NCBI GenBank assembly: GCA_965217585.1 | Contig: OZ244561.1 | Span: forward strand, 768,001-832,000 | Origin: Candidatus Latescibacterota bacterium | GTDB taxonomy: Bacteria > Latescibacterota > UBA2968 > UBA8231 | Length of the DNA: 64,000 bases | Direction of reading: 5' to 3' | In this document: positions 8,437 through 18,749 of the stretch, piece after piece | How positions within the stretch are numbered: position 1 is the stretch's first letter | Layout: each line of letters begins with the position of its first letter | The notes under the pieces: generated by a model | What the model was told of the DNA's origin: nothing | The model's database searches: none | The model's input: the letters and a program-made list of their open reading frames with translations, nothing else | Translations under genes and position numbers: made by a program

Positions 8437-10736
8437 ATGCGGCTTTGAACGGGCTGGGTAGCCAGCTATTCGGCTGGTTTGGTCAGCTAAGTATCGAGCT
8501 AGCGGCGCTGGCGGTCTTAGTCCTAGTAGCTAGTCGCCTGTTGCCGATCAAGTCGCCGGCCTTGCGCCACCTGCTGTGGGCGATCGTGCTGCTTAAGCCG
8601 CTCGTCTCCATCGCGGTCAGCTCGCCCTATACGCTATTCACACCGTTCGTGTCACTCTTGGAACCCAGTCAGGACACCCTCGCATTCTCGCCTGTCGAGC
8701 ACCCAACGGTGCAAGTAGCGGCTTCTCCGACAATTGCCACAAGTAGTGTGCATCTTACTACAGCCGGTTGGGGAGCGATACTGTGGATAGTAGGCGCGGC
8801 GCTGCTCATCGGGCGAATTCTGATCGGCTACGGCATCGTCTGGTGCTTGCGGCAGCAGGCTCAGATACAGCACGACGGGCCGCTTTTCGACGCCCTGCAG
8901 CAAGCGCGTCGGACGCTCGACTGCTATCCCAAGGTCGAGGTGGCGATCTCCCCTTCTATTGGCTCGCCGATGGCGCTGGGCATCCTGAGACCGATCATTG
9001 TTTTCCCCACCGATCTCGTGGAGAAACTCAGCGCCGATAAACTCGCCTTGATCCTCATGCACGAGCTAGCACACGTGCGCCGCTGGGACAACCTCACGCG
9101 GCTGCTGCACCGACTAATCGCCGCGGTATTGTTCTTCCATCCCGCCGTGTGGCTGTGTGGTCGCATGTTGCGGCGGGAAGCCGAACAGGCCTGCGACGAT
9201 CTCGTCGTATGTGCCACCGGCCACTCAGAAGCCTATGCGCGCGGCCTTGCCCACGTCGCCGAACGGGCGGTTCACTTAAACCCTTTAATAAGGAGAATCC
9301 CCACGATGAACGCCTTCGCAGCAGAATCGGATTTGGCGCTGAGAATCCGCAGGACGCTTGGCGGCGGTGCTCGTCGGATGGGCATGCGGGCGCGTGTGTT
9401 GACGGCGGTACTGCTATGCCCTCTGGCCGCCGTGACGCTGCCCTCTGTGTCTAAAATCTCGGCTGAGTCGAGTCAGGATGAGCGTCTCTTTATCGTCGCG
9501 GATCAAAACGGCAACATGAAGCTGAACGACAAACCAGTGACGTTTGCGACGCTTAAAGAGGAATTGCAAGCGAAGAGACGGGATGAGCGTCTCTCTATCG
9601 TCGCGGATCAAAACGGCAACATGAAGCTGAACGACAAACCAGTGACGTTTGCGACGCTTAAAGAAGAACTGCAGGCGCAGAGACGACTGCTGGACAATAC
9701 TACGATGATTGTCATCCAAAGCGACGGGCACACCCCGCACGGGCAGATCGTCCAGATCATGTATGTCGCCCGCCAAGTAGGGCTCGTCGATATGGTCGTT
9801 TGTGACACTACTCCGGAAGTGGCCAATGTCGCGACCGCGTTGAGTCGGAATGACGATAACCTTACCACAGAAAATCCCTTTATCGTCGTGGACCAGCACG
9901 GTAATATAAAACTGAACGACAAGTCAGTGACGTTTGCGGAGCTTAAAGAGAGATTGCGGACGAAGAGACGACTATTGGACAATACTACGATGATTATCAT
10001 CCAAGGAGACGAGCGTGCTCCGCACGGGATGATCGCCGGGATCATGGATATCGCCCGCCAAGTAGGGCTCGTCGATCAGGTAGTGGCCACGAAACCGCAA
10101 CCGGAAGTGACCAAAGTAGCGGTTGAGCCAAGTCGGAATAACAGAATCTGGCTGAAGGCGATGGCCACTAATCCAGATAGATGGTCCGACGAACTCAAAA
10201 CCCAGCTTCTCGCGCTCAAACCCAACAGAACCATCAAGGAAATCGCCTATGCGGTCCGTCAGAGCGTGGATAAAATCCGGCAAGAGGCGATGGCCACTGA
10301 TCCAGATGAATGGTCTGACGAACTCAAAACCCAGCTCCTCGCACTCAAAACCCTATTTTTCGGGCTTGAACCTGACAGTACCATCGAGGAAATCGCCGAG
10401 AAGGTCCGCCAGAGAAGGCTTTGGCGGCAGGCGGAAGAGACCGATTCAGACGAGTGGTCTGACGAACTCAAAACCCAGCTTCTCGCACTCAAACCCGGCA
10501 CCATCTCATATGAAATAGCCACCGCTGCATCGGATGAATTATTTATTTCTAACGTAGCCGGAGAGCTCGTTCGAACCTTTTTTTTAGATCATCAGAGTCC
10601 CGGCAAATATAGCATCGTCTGGGACGGGCGGGACGATGCCGGCCGCGAGCGCAGCAACGGCGTGTACCACTATTCGTTGAAATCCGACAGAGAGGCGAAC
10701 AAGCGGAGAAGGTATAGGACGATATTGGTTAGATAA
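8433..10736 (+). CDS. BlaR1-like M56 metallopeptidase with ExbD/TolR-like domains, helical repeats and a C-terminal FlgD-Ig-like domain
   Basis: HELAHVRRWD (HExxH) and REAEQACDD. ExbD-like IIIQGDERAPHGMIAGIMDIARQVG. Three WSDELKTQLLALK repeats. C-terminal WDGRDDAGRERSNGVYHY. Confidence 0.88.
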   Translation: MNAALNGLGSQLFGWFGQLSIELAALAVLVLVASRLLPIKSPALRHLLWAIVLLKPLVSIAVSSPYTLFTPFVSLLEPSQDTLAFSPVEHPTVQVAASPTIATSSVHLTTAGWGAILWIVGAALLIGRILIGYGIVWCLRQQAQIQHDGPLFDALQQARRTLDCYPKVEVAISPSIGSPMALGILRPIIVFPTDLVEKLSADKLALILMHELAHVRRWDNLTRLLHRLIAAVLFFHPAVWLCGRMLRREAEQACDDLVVCATGHSEAYARGLAHVAERAVHLNPLIRRIPTMNAFAAESDLALRIRRTLGGGARRMGMRARVLTAVLLCPLAAVTLPSVSKISAESSQDERLFIVADQNGNMKLNDKPVTFATLKEELQAKRRDERLSIVADQNGNMKLNDKPVTFATLKEELQAQRRLLDNTTMIVIQSDGHTPHGQIVQIMYVARQVGLVDMVVCDTTPEVANVATALSRNDDNLTTENPFIVVDQHGNIKLNDKSVTFAELKERLRTKRRLLDNTTMIIIQGDERAPHGMIAGIMDIARQVGLVDQVVATKPQPEVTKVAVEPSRNNRIWLKAMATNPDRWSDELKTQLLALKPNRTIKEIAYAVRQSVDKIRQEAMATDPDEWSDELKTQLLALKTLFFGLEPDSTIEEIAEKVRQRRLWRQAEETDSDEWSDELKTQLLALKPGTISYEIATAASDELFISNVAGELVRTFFLDHQSPGKYSIVWDGRDDAGRERSNGVYHYSLKSDREANKRRRYRTILVR
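9476..9684 (+). repeat. 105-bp (35-codon) tandem duplication inside the ExbD-like region
   Basis: GGATGAGCGTCTCT.TATCGTCGCGGATCAAAACGGC... starts at both 9476 and 9581 and the copies are near identical. Confidence 0.9.
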
Positions 10737-10929
10737 CCATCAAACGCGCACCCACAAGATGGTCAAGCCCCAATAGGAGTGTCCGTCTCTGTTTCACACC
10801 TGCTTGGTACCGATTCGCTCGGCCAATTCGGCTTGAATGCGCCACCGGCCGCTCAGAAGCCTATGCGCGCGGCCTTGCTCACGTCGCCGAACGGGCGGCT
10901 CACTTAAACCCCTTAGGAGAATCCCCACG

Positions 10930-11481
10930 ATGAACGCCTTTACAGAAGCAGAATCGAATTTGACGCTGAGAACCCGCAGGACGCTTGGCGGCAGTGCGCG
11001 CCGGATGGGCATGCGGGCACGCGTGTTAGCGGTCGTACTGCTATGTCCCTTGGCCGCCGTGACGCTGCCCTCTTGTGGCGCTACCTCGGAAGAGTCCAAC
11101 GTCTCGGCTGAGCCGAGTCGGGATGAGCATCGCGTTGTCGTCGAGGATCAAGATTCCAATACAAGTGGCGATACAGCCACACAAACAGAAAAACTGGACT
11201 TCAGCATGGAAAGTGCGCCACAAGATTCACTGGTGAAAATTGTGTACTGGATTCCAGAAACGGTTTATTCAGACTCTATCTTTGTAGAACTCGAATTTTT
11301 AAATAATGAGGGTATGATAGTGGCGAAGCCTGTCAATAAAATACACAATCCCGGCTCATATACTGTGTCCTTGTCTAAACGAGGACTTCCCGACGGAGGA
11401 TACTTTGCGAGACTAAGAACAAATCAATCAGAGCAAGATGTGATGCGCATGTTGAATCTGATTTGGGCCAATAGAAAGTGA
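10930..11481 (+). CDS. Orphan M56 C-terminal module: putative lipoprotein with a T9SS-CTD/FlgD-like tail
   Basis: 10838-~11120 is a copy of M56 nt ~9209-9482. AGGAGA RBS precedes ATG 10930. Lipobox-like LAAVTLPSC; tail PGSYTVSLSKRGLPDGGYFARLRT. Confidence 0.6.
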   Translation: MNAFTEAESNLTLRTRRTLGGSARRMGMRARVLAVVLLCPLAAVTLPSCGATSEESNVSAEPSRDEHRVVVEDQDSNTSGDTATQTEKLDFSMESAPQDSLVKIVYWIPETVYSDSIFVELEFLNNEGMIVAKPVNKIHNPGSYTVSLSKRGLPDGGYFARLRTNQSEQDVMRMLNLIWANRK

Positions 11482-12776
11482 GGTTCGAGATGTATTTCGA
11501 CAAGTGCAGACTGATAGCGAGCCTGGTGATGTGCCTGGTCGTATGTTCTCTGTGTTCTGCACAACAATCAACCCATTCAGAAGAAGAGATGAAGCGGTTT
11601 GACCAATTTAGGACTGGGTACCGCTCTCCCGAGACCACAGAGCAATATTGGGAAGGCATTTTGGGACTTGAGCAATTGCTTGCAGATTATCCCAATACCT
11701 TTCTGAAAGGCGACATCTCCATTACACTGTTGGATTATTATCAACAGGTCACTGATGATCCACACCTGTTGATTGAGCTGGCTGAAAAAATGCTTGCATT
11801 GCGGATGTACTCCAACGCTGTTTATAAAACTGCTGCTCGGGTACTTGTGGACAAGCAGGTTCGGTCTGATAAAACACTTCTATATGCACAGAACGCATTA
11901 AAAGGAGCATTGCAGAACCAAGAAAAATGGAGACTTAACGGCAAAGGAGAACTACACTATCGCGATCTATTGGCGCGTGCTTACCAACTAGTTGGGCAAC
12001 ACGATCAATCTGTCGCGGAAATGAAGACCGTGATTCGCGGATGGCAAACTCGAAAGGATTTAGGCGGCCTGGAACTGGAATATCGGCAGGCAGCCGTAGA
12101 TCGAGCAAAGGCCAATTTGCTGCGGATTTACATTGATCAAAAAGCCTGGAGCCAGGCTTACGAACTGGCATCAGAATTATTGCTAACTTCGGTCGTGCGT
12201 CGAGATGTTGCGGAATTGTGGAGCCAAGCTTACGTGGGGAAATTTGGCTCAGGCGTAGGGATGAGCAAAGCCTATGCTTCCTCAAAGGCCGAGTGGGATA
12301 AGAAAATTATCCAACGCGTTGAAAATGAGCGGATCTCACGACCTGCACCGACCCTTGCGGTGCAAAAGCTGGACGGTGAGCAGATCACTTCAGCCGATTT
12401 GCAGGGCAGGGCTTTGGTGGTGACGTTTTGGGCGGGGTGGTGTAGCCCGTGCATTGAAGAGTTGCCCTATCTGCAAAAACTCAAGAAGCAATTTCACGAG
12501 CAAAATGTTGAATTTTTAGCGGTGAATATTGACGAGGATAGTTCAATACGCAGAGATATGGTGGCGAGCTTTCGCTACCAGAGCGCCCCAAGTTTAACAT
12601 TTGTATTGGGTGATTTGGAAATGCGCAAGGCGTTTGGTTCTAACGAGATCCCCTATACGTGTATTATTGATCAGGACGGACAAATTCGCTATGAACGCAA
12701 GGGATTAGGCACTGATTTTAGCGTGGCAATGGCGCATCAGTTGCAGTGGGTGTTGGCAGAAAATCAGAATCCTTAG
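11478..12776 (+). CDS. Secreted TlpA/redoxin thiol-disulfide oxidoreductase with a helical (TPR-like) N-terminus
   Basis: Signal peptide, FWAGWCSPCIEELP, cis-Pro motif EIPYTCIIDQDG. Visibly more AT-rich than its flanks. Confidence 0.85.
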   Translation: MRFEMYFDKCRLIASLVMCLVVCSLCSAQQSTHSEEEMKRFDQFRTGYRSPETTEQYWEGILGLEQLLADYPNTFLKGDISITLLDYYQQVTDDPHLLIELAEKMLALRMYSNAVYKTAARVLVDKQVRSDKTLLYAQNALKGALQNQEKWRLNGKGELHYRDLLARAYQLVGQHDQSVAEMKTVIRGWQTRKDLGGLELEYRQAAVDRAKANLLRIYIDQKAWSQAYELASELLLTSVVRRDVAELWSQAYVGKFGSGVGMSKAYASSKAEWDKKIIQRVENERISRPAPTLAVQKLDGEQITSADLQGRALVVTFWAGWCSPCIEELPYLQKLKKQFHEQNVEFLAVNIDEDSSIRRDMVASFRYQSAPSLTFVLGDLEMRKAFGSNEIPYTCIIDQDGQIRYERKGLGTDFSVAMAHQLQWVLAENQNP

Positions 12777-12795
12777 AAGACTCTGAAAGAGAATG

Positions 12796-12825
12796 CATCA
12801 CCATTGTCAATTGCTTGAAACAAAA
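12796..12825 (+). repeat. 30-bp direct repeat, copy 1 (copy 2 at 18327-18356)
   Basis: CATCACCATTGTCAATTGCTTGAAACAAAA vs CATCGCCATTGTCAATTGCTTAAAACAAAA, 28/30 identical. Confidence 0.85.
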
Positions 12826-12838
12826 AAGGGAGCCAGCG

Positions 12839-14695
12839 ATGAATGCAGCTTTGAACGGGTTAGGTAGCCAGCTATTCGGCTGGTTTGGTCAGTTAAGTAT
12901 CGAACTAGCGGCGCTGGCGGTCTTAGTTCTAGCCGCCAGTCTCCTGTTGCCGATCAAGTCGCCGGCCTTGCGCCACCTGTTGTGGGCGGTCGTGCTAATC
13001 AAGCCGCTCGTCGCCATTGCGGTCAGTTCGCCCTATACGCTATTCACGCCGTTGGTGTCACTCGTGGAACCCGGTTGGAATGCCCCATCCTTGCCCGTCA
13101 ATCATTCAACGGTGCACGTAGCGGCTTCTCCGGCAATTGCCACAAGTAGTGTGCAACTTACTACAGCCGGCTGGGGAGCGATACTGTGGATAGTAGGTGC
13201 AGCGCTGCTCATCGGGCGGATGCTGATCGGCTACGGCATCGTCTGGTGCTTGCGGCAGCAGGCGCAAGTGCAGCGCGACGGTCCGCTTTGCGACGCCCTG
13301 CGGCAAGCGCGTCGGACGCTCGACTGCTATCCCAGAGTAGAGGTGGCGATCTCCCCTTCTATCAGTTCGCCGATGGCGCTGGGCATCCTGAGACCGATCA
13401 TTGTCTTGCCCGCCGATCTCGTGGAGAAACTCAGCGCCGATAAACTCGCCTTGATCCTCATGCACGAACTGGCACACGTGCGCCGCTGGGATAATCTCAC
13501 GAGGTTTCTGCACCGACTAGTCTCCGCCGTATTATTCTTCCATCCCGCCGTGTGGCTGTGCGGTCGCATGTTGCGGCGGGAAGCCGAACAGGCCTGCGAC
13601 GATCTCGTCGTATGTGCCACCGGCCGCTCAGAAGCCTATGCGCGCGGCCTGGCTCACGTCGCCGAACGGGCGGTTCACTTAAACCCTTTAATACGGAGAA
13701 TCCCCACGATGAACGCCTTTGCAGCAGAACCGGATTTGGCGCTGAGAATCCGCAGGACGCTTGGCGGCGGTGCGCGCCGGATGGGCATGCGGGCGCGCGT
13801 GTTGGCAGCGGTACTGCTATGCCCCCTAGCCGCCGTGACGCTGCCCTCTTGTGGCATTACTTCGAAAGTGTCCAAAGTCGCGGCTGAGTCGAGTAAGAAG
13901 AATATCTTTATCGTCGTGGATCAAGACGGCAACATGAAGCTGAACGACAAATCAGTGACGTTTGCAACTCTCAAAGAGGAATTGCAAGCGAAGAGACAAC
14001 AGCTAGACGACACCACAATGATTATCATCCAAGGAGACGAGCGCGCCACGCACAGTCAGATCGTCCAGATCATGGATATCGCCCGCCAAGTAGGGCTTGT
14101 CGATCAGGTCATCGCCACGGAACCGCAAACCAGCGGAGGCCAAAGTCGGGATGAATCGAGTCGGGATAACAAGGTCAAAGTCGCGGCTGAGCAGAGTCGG
14201 GATAAACATCGCGCTAGCGTCGTGGAACCAAACAGTATCTTGCGGCAGGCGATGGAGACCGAGCCGGACGAATGGTCCGACAAGTTGAAAGCCAAACTTC
14301 TCGCGCTCAGACCCGGCAGAACCATCGAAGAAATTGCCGAGGAAATCCGCAAGAGCAAGCTTTGGCGAAAGGCGGTGGAGACCGAGCCAGACGAGTGGTC
14401 CGACGAACTGAAAACCCAGCTTCTCGCGCTCAAACCCGACAGCACCACCTTCAATAGCAGCACGACTACCCTCCCGTATGAAATAGCCACCGCCGCATCG
14501 GCTGAATTAGCTATTTTTGATGTATTCGGACAGCACGTTCGAACCTTTGTTTTGGGCCATCAGAGTCCCGGCAAATATCGCATGATCTGGGACGAGCGGG
14601 ACGATGCCGGCCGCAAGCTTAGCAGCGGTGTGTACTTCTATAGGTTGCAAACCGACGCAGAGACGACGCTTCGCAGTAAGATATTGGTTAGATAA
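12839..14695 (+). CDS. Second BlaR1-like M56 peptidase paralogue (one ExbD-like domain, two helical repeats, FlgD-Ig-like C-terminus)
   Basis: N-terminus MNAALNGLGSQLFGW is near identical to 8433. HELAH motif; C-terminal WDERDDAGRKLSSGVYFYRL. Confidence 0.88.
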   Translation: MNAALNGLGSQLFGWFGQLSIELAALAVLVLAASLLLPIKSPALRHLLWAVVLIKPLVAIAVSSPYTLFTPLVSLVEPGWNAPSLPVNHSTVHVAASPAIATSSVQLTTAGWGAILWIVGAALLIGRMLIGYGIVWCLRQQAQVQRDGPLCDALRQARRTLDCYPRVEVAISPSISSPMALGILRPIIVLPADLVEKLSADKLALILMHELAHVRRWDNLTRFLHRLVSAVLFFHPAVWLCGRMLRREAEQACDDLVVCATGRSEAYARGLAHVAERAVHLNPLIRRIPTMNAFAAEPDLALRIRRTLGGGARRMGMRARVLAAVLLCPLAAVTLPSCGITSKVSKVAAESSKKNIFIVVDQDGNMKLNDKSVTFATLKEELQAKRQQLDDTTMIIIQGDERATHSQIVQIMDIARQVGLVDQVIATEPQTSGGQSRDESSRDNKVKVAAEQSRDKHRASVVEPNSILRQAMETEPDEWSDKLKAKLLALRPGRTIEEIAEEIRKSKLWRKAVETEPDEWSDELKTQLLALKPDSTTFNSSTTTLPYEIATAASAELAIFDVFGQHVRTFVLGHQSPGKYRMIWDERDDAGRKLSSGVYFYRLQTDAETTLRSKILVR

Positions 14696-16999
14696 CCAAT
14701 TGTGCCGATTAGAAATAAACCTAAATCGGGGCTGCACTACAACTTAGATTACTGTCGTGTACTAAGGGGATTGGTATGCTGCGAAGTCACTTGAAGTTGG
14801 CGCTGCGAAGCCTATTTCGATACAAAATACACTCGTCTATCAGTGTGTTGGGACTCGCGATCGGTTTTGCCTGCTTCATTATCGTGTTTGTCTTTATTGC
14901 GCATGAGATGAGCTACGATGACTTCCACGAAAATGCGGAGCGTCTGTATCGGGTTAGAGAGGATACAATCGAAAAACGGACGGGTACCCGACATAGTTAT
15001 GCTACGATCAAGCACTCCATGGCTTCTTTATTAAAAAGTGATTTTCCAGAAATCGAAGATATTGTACGCGTTCGTCGCTACAGAGAGAGCAGGTCCGTTC
15101 ACTATCAAGACAAACACTTATTGGAGGATCAAGTTTATTATACCGACCCGATGTTTTTTGATTTTTTCTCCTTTCCCCTGAAGGAAGGCGATGCACGAAC
15201 GGCACTGGAGGCTCCTTATTCCATTGTGTTGACGGAACAGACTGCCTCGAAATACTTCGGGAGCGACAACCCTGTGGGTAAAACCTTGCGCATCGGAATA
15301 GGTTATGGGGGTACAGGCGAATACCTTGTTACTGGCGTGGTCCAGGATCTCCCGTCTAATACACACTTCAAATTTGATTTTGTCGCGTCGATAAAGGAAT
15401 TCAAGCTCCGTAGGGACATTAATGATTCCTGGTACCACACCTACATTCGGCTGGCCGAAAACGCCTCACCGGAGGCTTTGGAGAACAAATTTCCCGAGTT
15501 TTTGGAACGACACAAATACAACTTAGAAGAATGGGGAACGCAACTTTTTCTCCAATCTTTACAAGACATCCACCTCCATTCCCATTTCAAGTGGGAACTG
15601 AGTCCCAACCGAGATGTCCGGTACCTGTATCTTTTGATGGGCATTGCGCTGGTCATTTTGCTTATTGTGTGCATCAATTATGTCAATCTCTCAACCTTTC
15701 GGTTTACCCAACGAGCTAAAGAAGTAGGGCTGCGAAAAGCACTGGGCAGTGTGCAGTCACAATTGGTTCAGCAGTTCTTGGGTGAAACACTTCTTTTGAC
15801 GTTCTTTGCGTTTCTGGTCAGTCTTACTCTGGTAATGTGTTCATGGCCTTATTTAAGTAGATTTCTTGGGCCGGATGTAGAGATAGCTGCTTTTCGCCTT
15901 GCGATAGACTATGGTCTCTGGCTCTTTGCTTCTATCGTGTGCATTGGTCTGATTGCTGGTTTGTATCCCGCCTTTTTTCTAGCCAAGTTCAACCCCGCGG
16001 CCACCTTGGGGGGACACACCCAAAGTGGAGCCACGGCCGGTTTCCTGAGAAAAACGCTGGTCATTTTCCAATTCGCGCTCTCCATCGTTCTCATTATCAC
16101 CACGCTCGCATTGCGCAATCAATTGGAATTCGTGAGAAGTCAGGACTTGGGGTTTGATCGGGAACAGGTGGCCGTAATTCCCGCGAAGATCTTCCAGCCA
16201 ACGCGCATTGCAGAGTATTTGCAGGATCCGAGAATTTTGAACATATCAGGTACTTTCGGATCACCCGGTGTCTTGGATACGAAGGGCAGGTTTATTCCGG
16301 AGGGACGGGATGCCGTAAGTATAAATACTATTGATGTCGATTATACCTATCTGGAAACCATGGGCTTGGAGCTCATCGCCGGGCGCGATTTTTCAAAAGA
16401 CTTCGCCTCTGATGAGCATGAAGCCTTCATCATTAACGAATCGGCTGCAAAATTCTTGGGGTGGAAAAACCCGGTCGCTAAACGCTTAGAACGCACTTCC
16501 ATGCCACAGCGTCGATCCGCTTCGAGCAAGGTCATCGGCGTAGTCAAGGATTTCCACTACCAGTCTTTGCACCATCCTATCGAACCGCTGATAATTGGTA
16601 TGCGGTGGAATATGCAGAACGTGCTTGCTATCAAACATCTTACGGTCAGAATCCACCCGGGAGACATATCGGGTGCCTTGGCGTTTCTCGAAGCCAAGAC
16701 GCGCGAGTTCGTGCCCAACGAGCCCTTTCAATACTATTTTCTCGACGACGTTTTCGCTCAATTCTACCGAGAAGAAGAGAAGATCTTCCGTCTGATCGGC
16801 TTTTTCAGCACCCTGTCTATTGTGATCATTTGCTTGGGTGTGTTGGGGCTGGCCTCTTTTTCGGTTGAGCAGCGCATGAAGGAGATCGGCATTCGCAAAG
16901 TGCTGGGGGCCTCTTCCCCGGGTCTTGTGTATTTGCTGATGAAACCCGTTCTGGTCTGGCTAGTCGTAGCCAATCTGCTTGCTTGGCCTGTCGCTTATA

Positions 17000-18136
17000 T
17001 AGCCGTCCTAAATCATTTAAGTGCCAAATTATATTGGCTTAACTTAGGGAATTGGAAGTATTTTTTCTGTCGAATGCCCTTGACAAATAGGTCTTTAATC
17101 TGTTCAAAACAGGTGGTCCATACCGCATGGGTACGGACAAAAGTCTTGCCTTTTAACCAGATGTCTTCGACCGGGTTTTCTTGCGGTGTATAGGGCGCTA
17201 ATCGCGTACAGCATATCTTCCATTCATCAGGCGGTAGATCGGCCTGCATCGTTTGTAGAAAATCGCGCATGGCCTGTTGGTGATGATAGGACACCCCATC
17301 CCAAAAGATCAATAACTTTTGTCCGGGACGCTGTTGTTGTAGGTAGCGTATAAAATCGACCGTATAGTGTGCATTGGCCTTGGGATATGGTTGCATGAGA
17401 AAGGTGCCCTTGACTATATCCAACGCCCCATAATAGGTTTGTCGTTGCCGTCCATTTTCAATGGCCACCTCCAGCCGTTGGTCTCGACGCCCCCAGCCAT
17501 AGCCGCAGGCATCGCCCCAGTGTAGATGCGATTCATCGATGAAAAAGGCACTGACTTGACCCGCTTGGAGTTCGGCCTTATGCTCGGTTAGTTTTTTTTA
17601 ATCGCTTCGCGTTTAGAAAGCCCCTGTTGGGGATCGGTCTTGGGGTGCCGAGCTTGGGCCTTTTTCCAGCTATAGCCCGCCTGAGCAAGCAGATCGTAAT
17701 AGCTTTGCGATGAGCGAAACACGACCCCAAACTGCGTTTGGATATAGGAGGCTAATGAGGCGACCGAAGGGTGCGACTGGGTCGCTAACCAAGCGTTGAT
17801 TTGGGCGCGCTGATCCGCCGACAAATACGGCTGTGAGCCTTTATAGCCTAAGCGAAAACAAGCGACCCCTTCGGCCAGATAGCGCTGCTTCCACGTACTG
17901 ATGAAGCTCGACTGCACACCGAGAATCGCTTGAATCGCACCTTGTTTAAGCCCCAAAAGCGTCATCTGAACCGCTAACGCCCGTTTCAGTTCGCGGGCGT
18001 CGGGATTGCTCGCGATAAACGCCGATAAAGACGAATCCGAAACCATAGAAAACACTCCTAAAAAAGAACAAGCATGAGAAAACATAGAAGCAAGATAAGA
18101 AAAAACCAAAACCTCTCAAGTCATTTAGGACTGCTA
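17000..18136 (-). mobile_element. IS630-family insertion sequence (1137 bp)
   Basis: Left TIR TAGCCGTCCTAAATCA; right end reverse-complements to TAGCAGTCCTAAATGA. Flanked by duplicated TA (16998-16999 and 18137-18138). Confidence 0.93.
17013..18046 (-). CDS. IS630 transposase, orfA (HTH) and orfB (DDE) joined by a probable -1 frameshift at an A8 run (17592-17599)
   Basis: orfA ends ATT AAA AAA AAC TAA. The -1 frame continues LTEHKAELQAGQVSAFFIDESHLHWGD...FWDGVSYH...PQENPVEDIW. Confidence 0.88.
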
Positions 18137-18326
18137 TATGACCAATCAAGCCTGGCTGCAGCATTTTGCGTATCGAACTGATTCCGCTGGGTGGGCGTTT
18201 TTGCTGGGTAGTCTGACTCAGGCCCTGACCGTTATAATCACCATCGTTTTGCAAACCAGCAAAGCGGTGCAGATAAACCCGATTCAGACACTCAAGAGCG
18301 AATAGTGGTTTATGTCGTTGTCTTTC

Positions 18327-18356
18327 CATCGCCATTGTCAATTGCTTAAAACAAAA
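18327..18356 (+). repeat. 30-bp direct repeat, copy 2
   Basis: Matches 12796-12825 at 28/30 and overlaps the 3' end of the DUF4143 fragment. Confidence 0.85.
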
Positions 18357-18745
18357 CCCCAATATCCCGCCATCCCAAGACGATGCCGTGGGCGCGTTCT
18401 TGGCGGCCTTCTCCGCCGTAGATCAGATGGTAGTCCTGCCCCACCGGCAAGGCCGTTGCCAACTTCTTATAGTAGCGCAAACCCTTAAACTGGTCCGTTC
18501 CCAGCGTCGTTCCCGCCTTGATCTCGACCACCTGCCGTCGGCCACTCCGTTCGTAAAGCAAGTCCAACTCGTTGCCAATATTGTCGCGCCAGAAGTAGAG
18601 ATCTGGACGACGGCCCGCGTTGACGTGCTGTTTGATTATCTCGGCAATGACCCAATTTTCAAAAATCGCCCCGCGTAAATAGTGGGTGGCGAGCTGGTCG
18701 GTCGCCTCCAGCCCCAAAAGCGAGCAAAGCAGGCCCGTGTCGTAG
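18346..18745 (-). pseudogene. 5'-truncated AAA+ ATPase (DUF4143 C-terminal fragment)
   Basis: YDTGLLCSLLG, GAIFENWV, YFWRDNIGNELD, VEIKAG. The N-terminal Walker domain is absent and the sequence breaks at ~18745. Confidence 0.8.
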
Positions 18746-18749
18746 GAGT

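Larger units (their letters stand above)
14776..18305 (+). pseudogene. ABC transporter permease (MacB/FtsX duplicated type) interrupted by IS630
   Basis: RAKEVGLRKALG and RMKEIGIRKVLGAS motifs. Removing 17000-18138 restores ...AWPVAYMTNQAWLQHFAYR...NPIQTLKSE* (stop at 18303-18305). Confidence 0.9.

Noticed and set aside
17000-17193. C-terminus of the 805-aa permease ORF as a real domain
   Set aside because: It is read-through into the antisense strand of IS630; the true tail is at 18139-18305.
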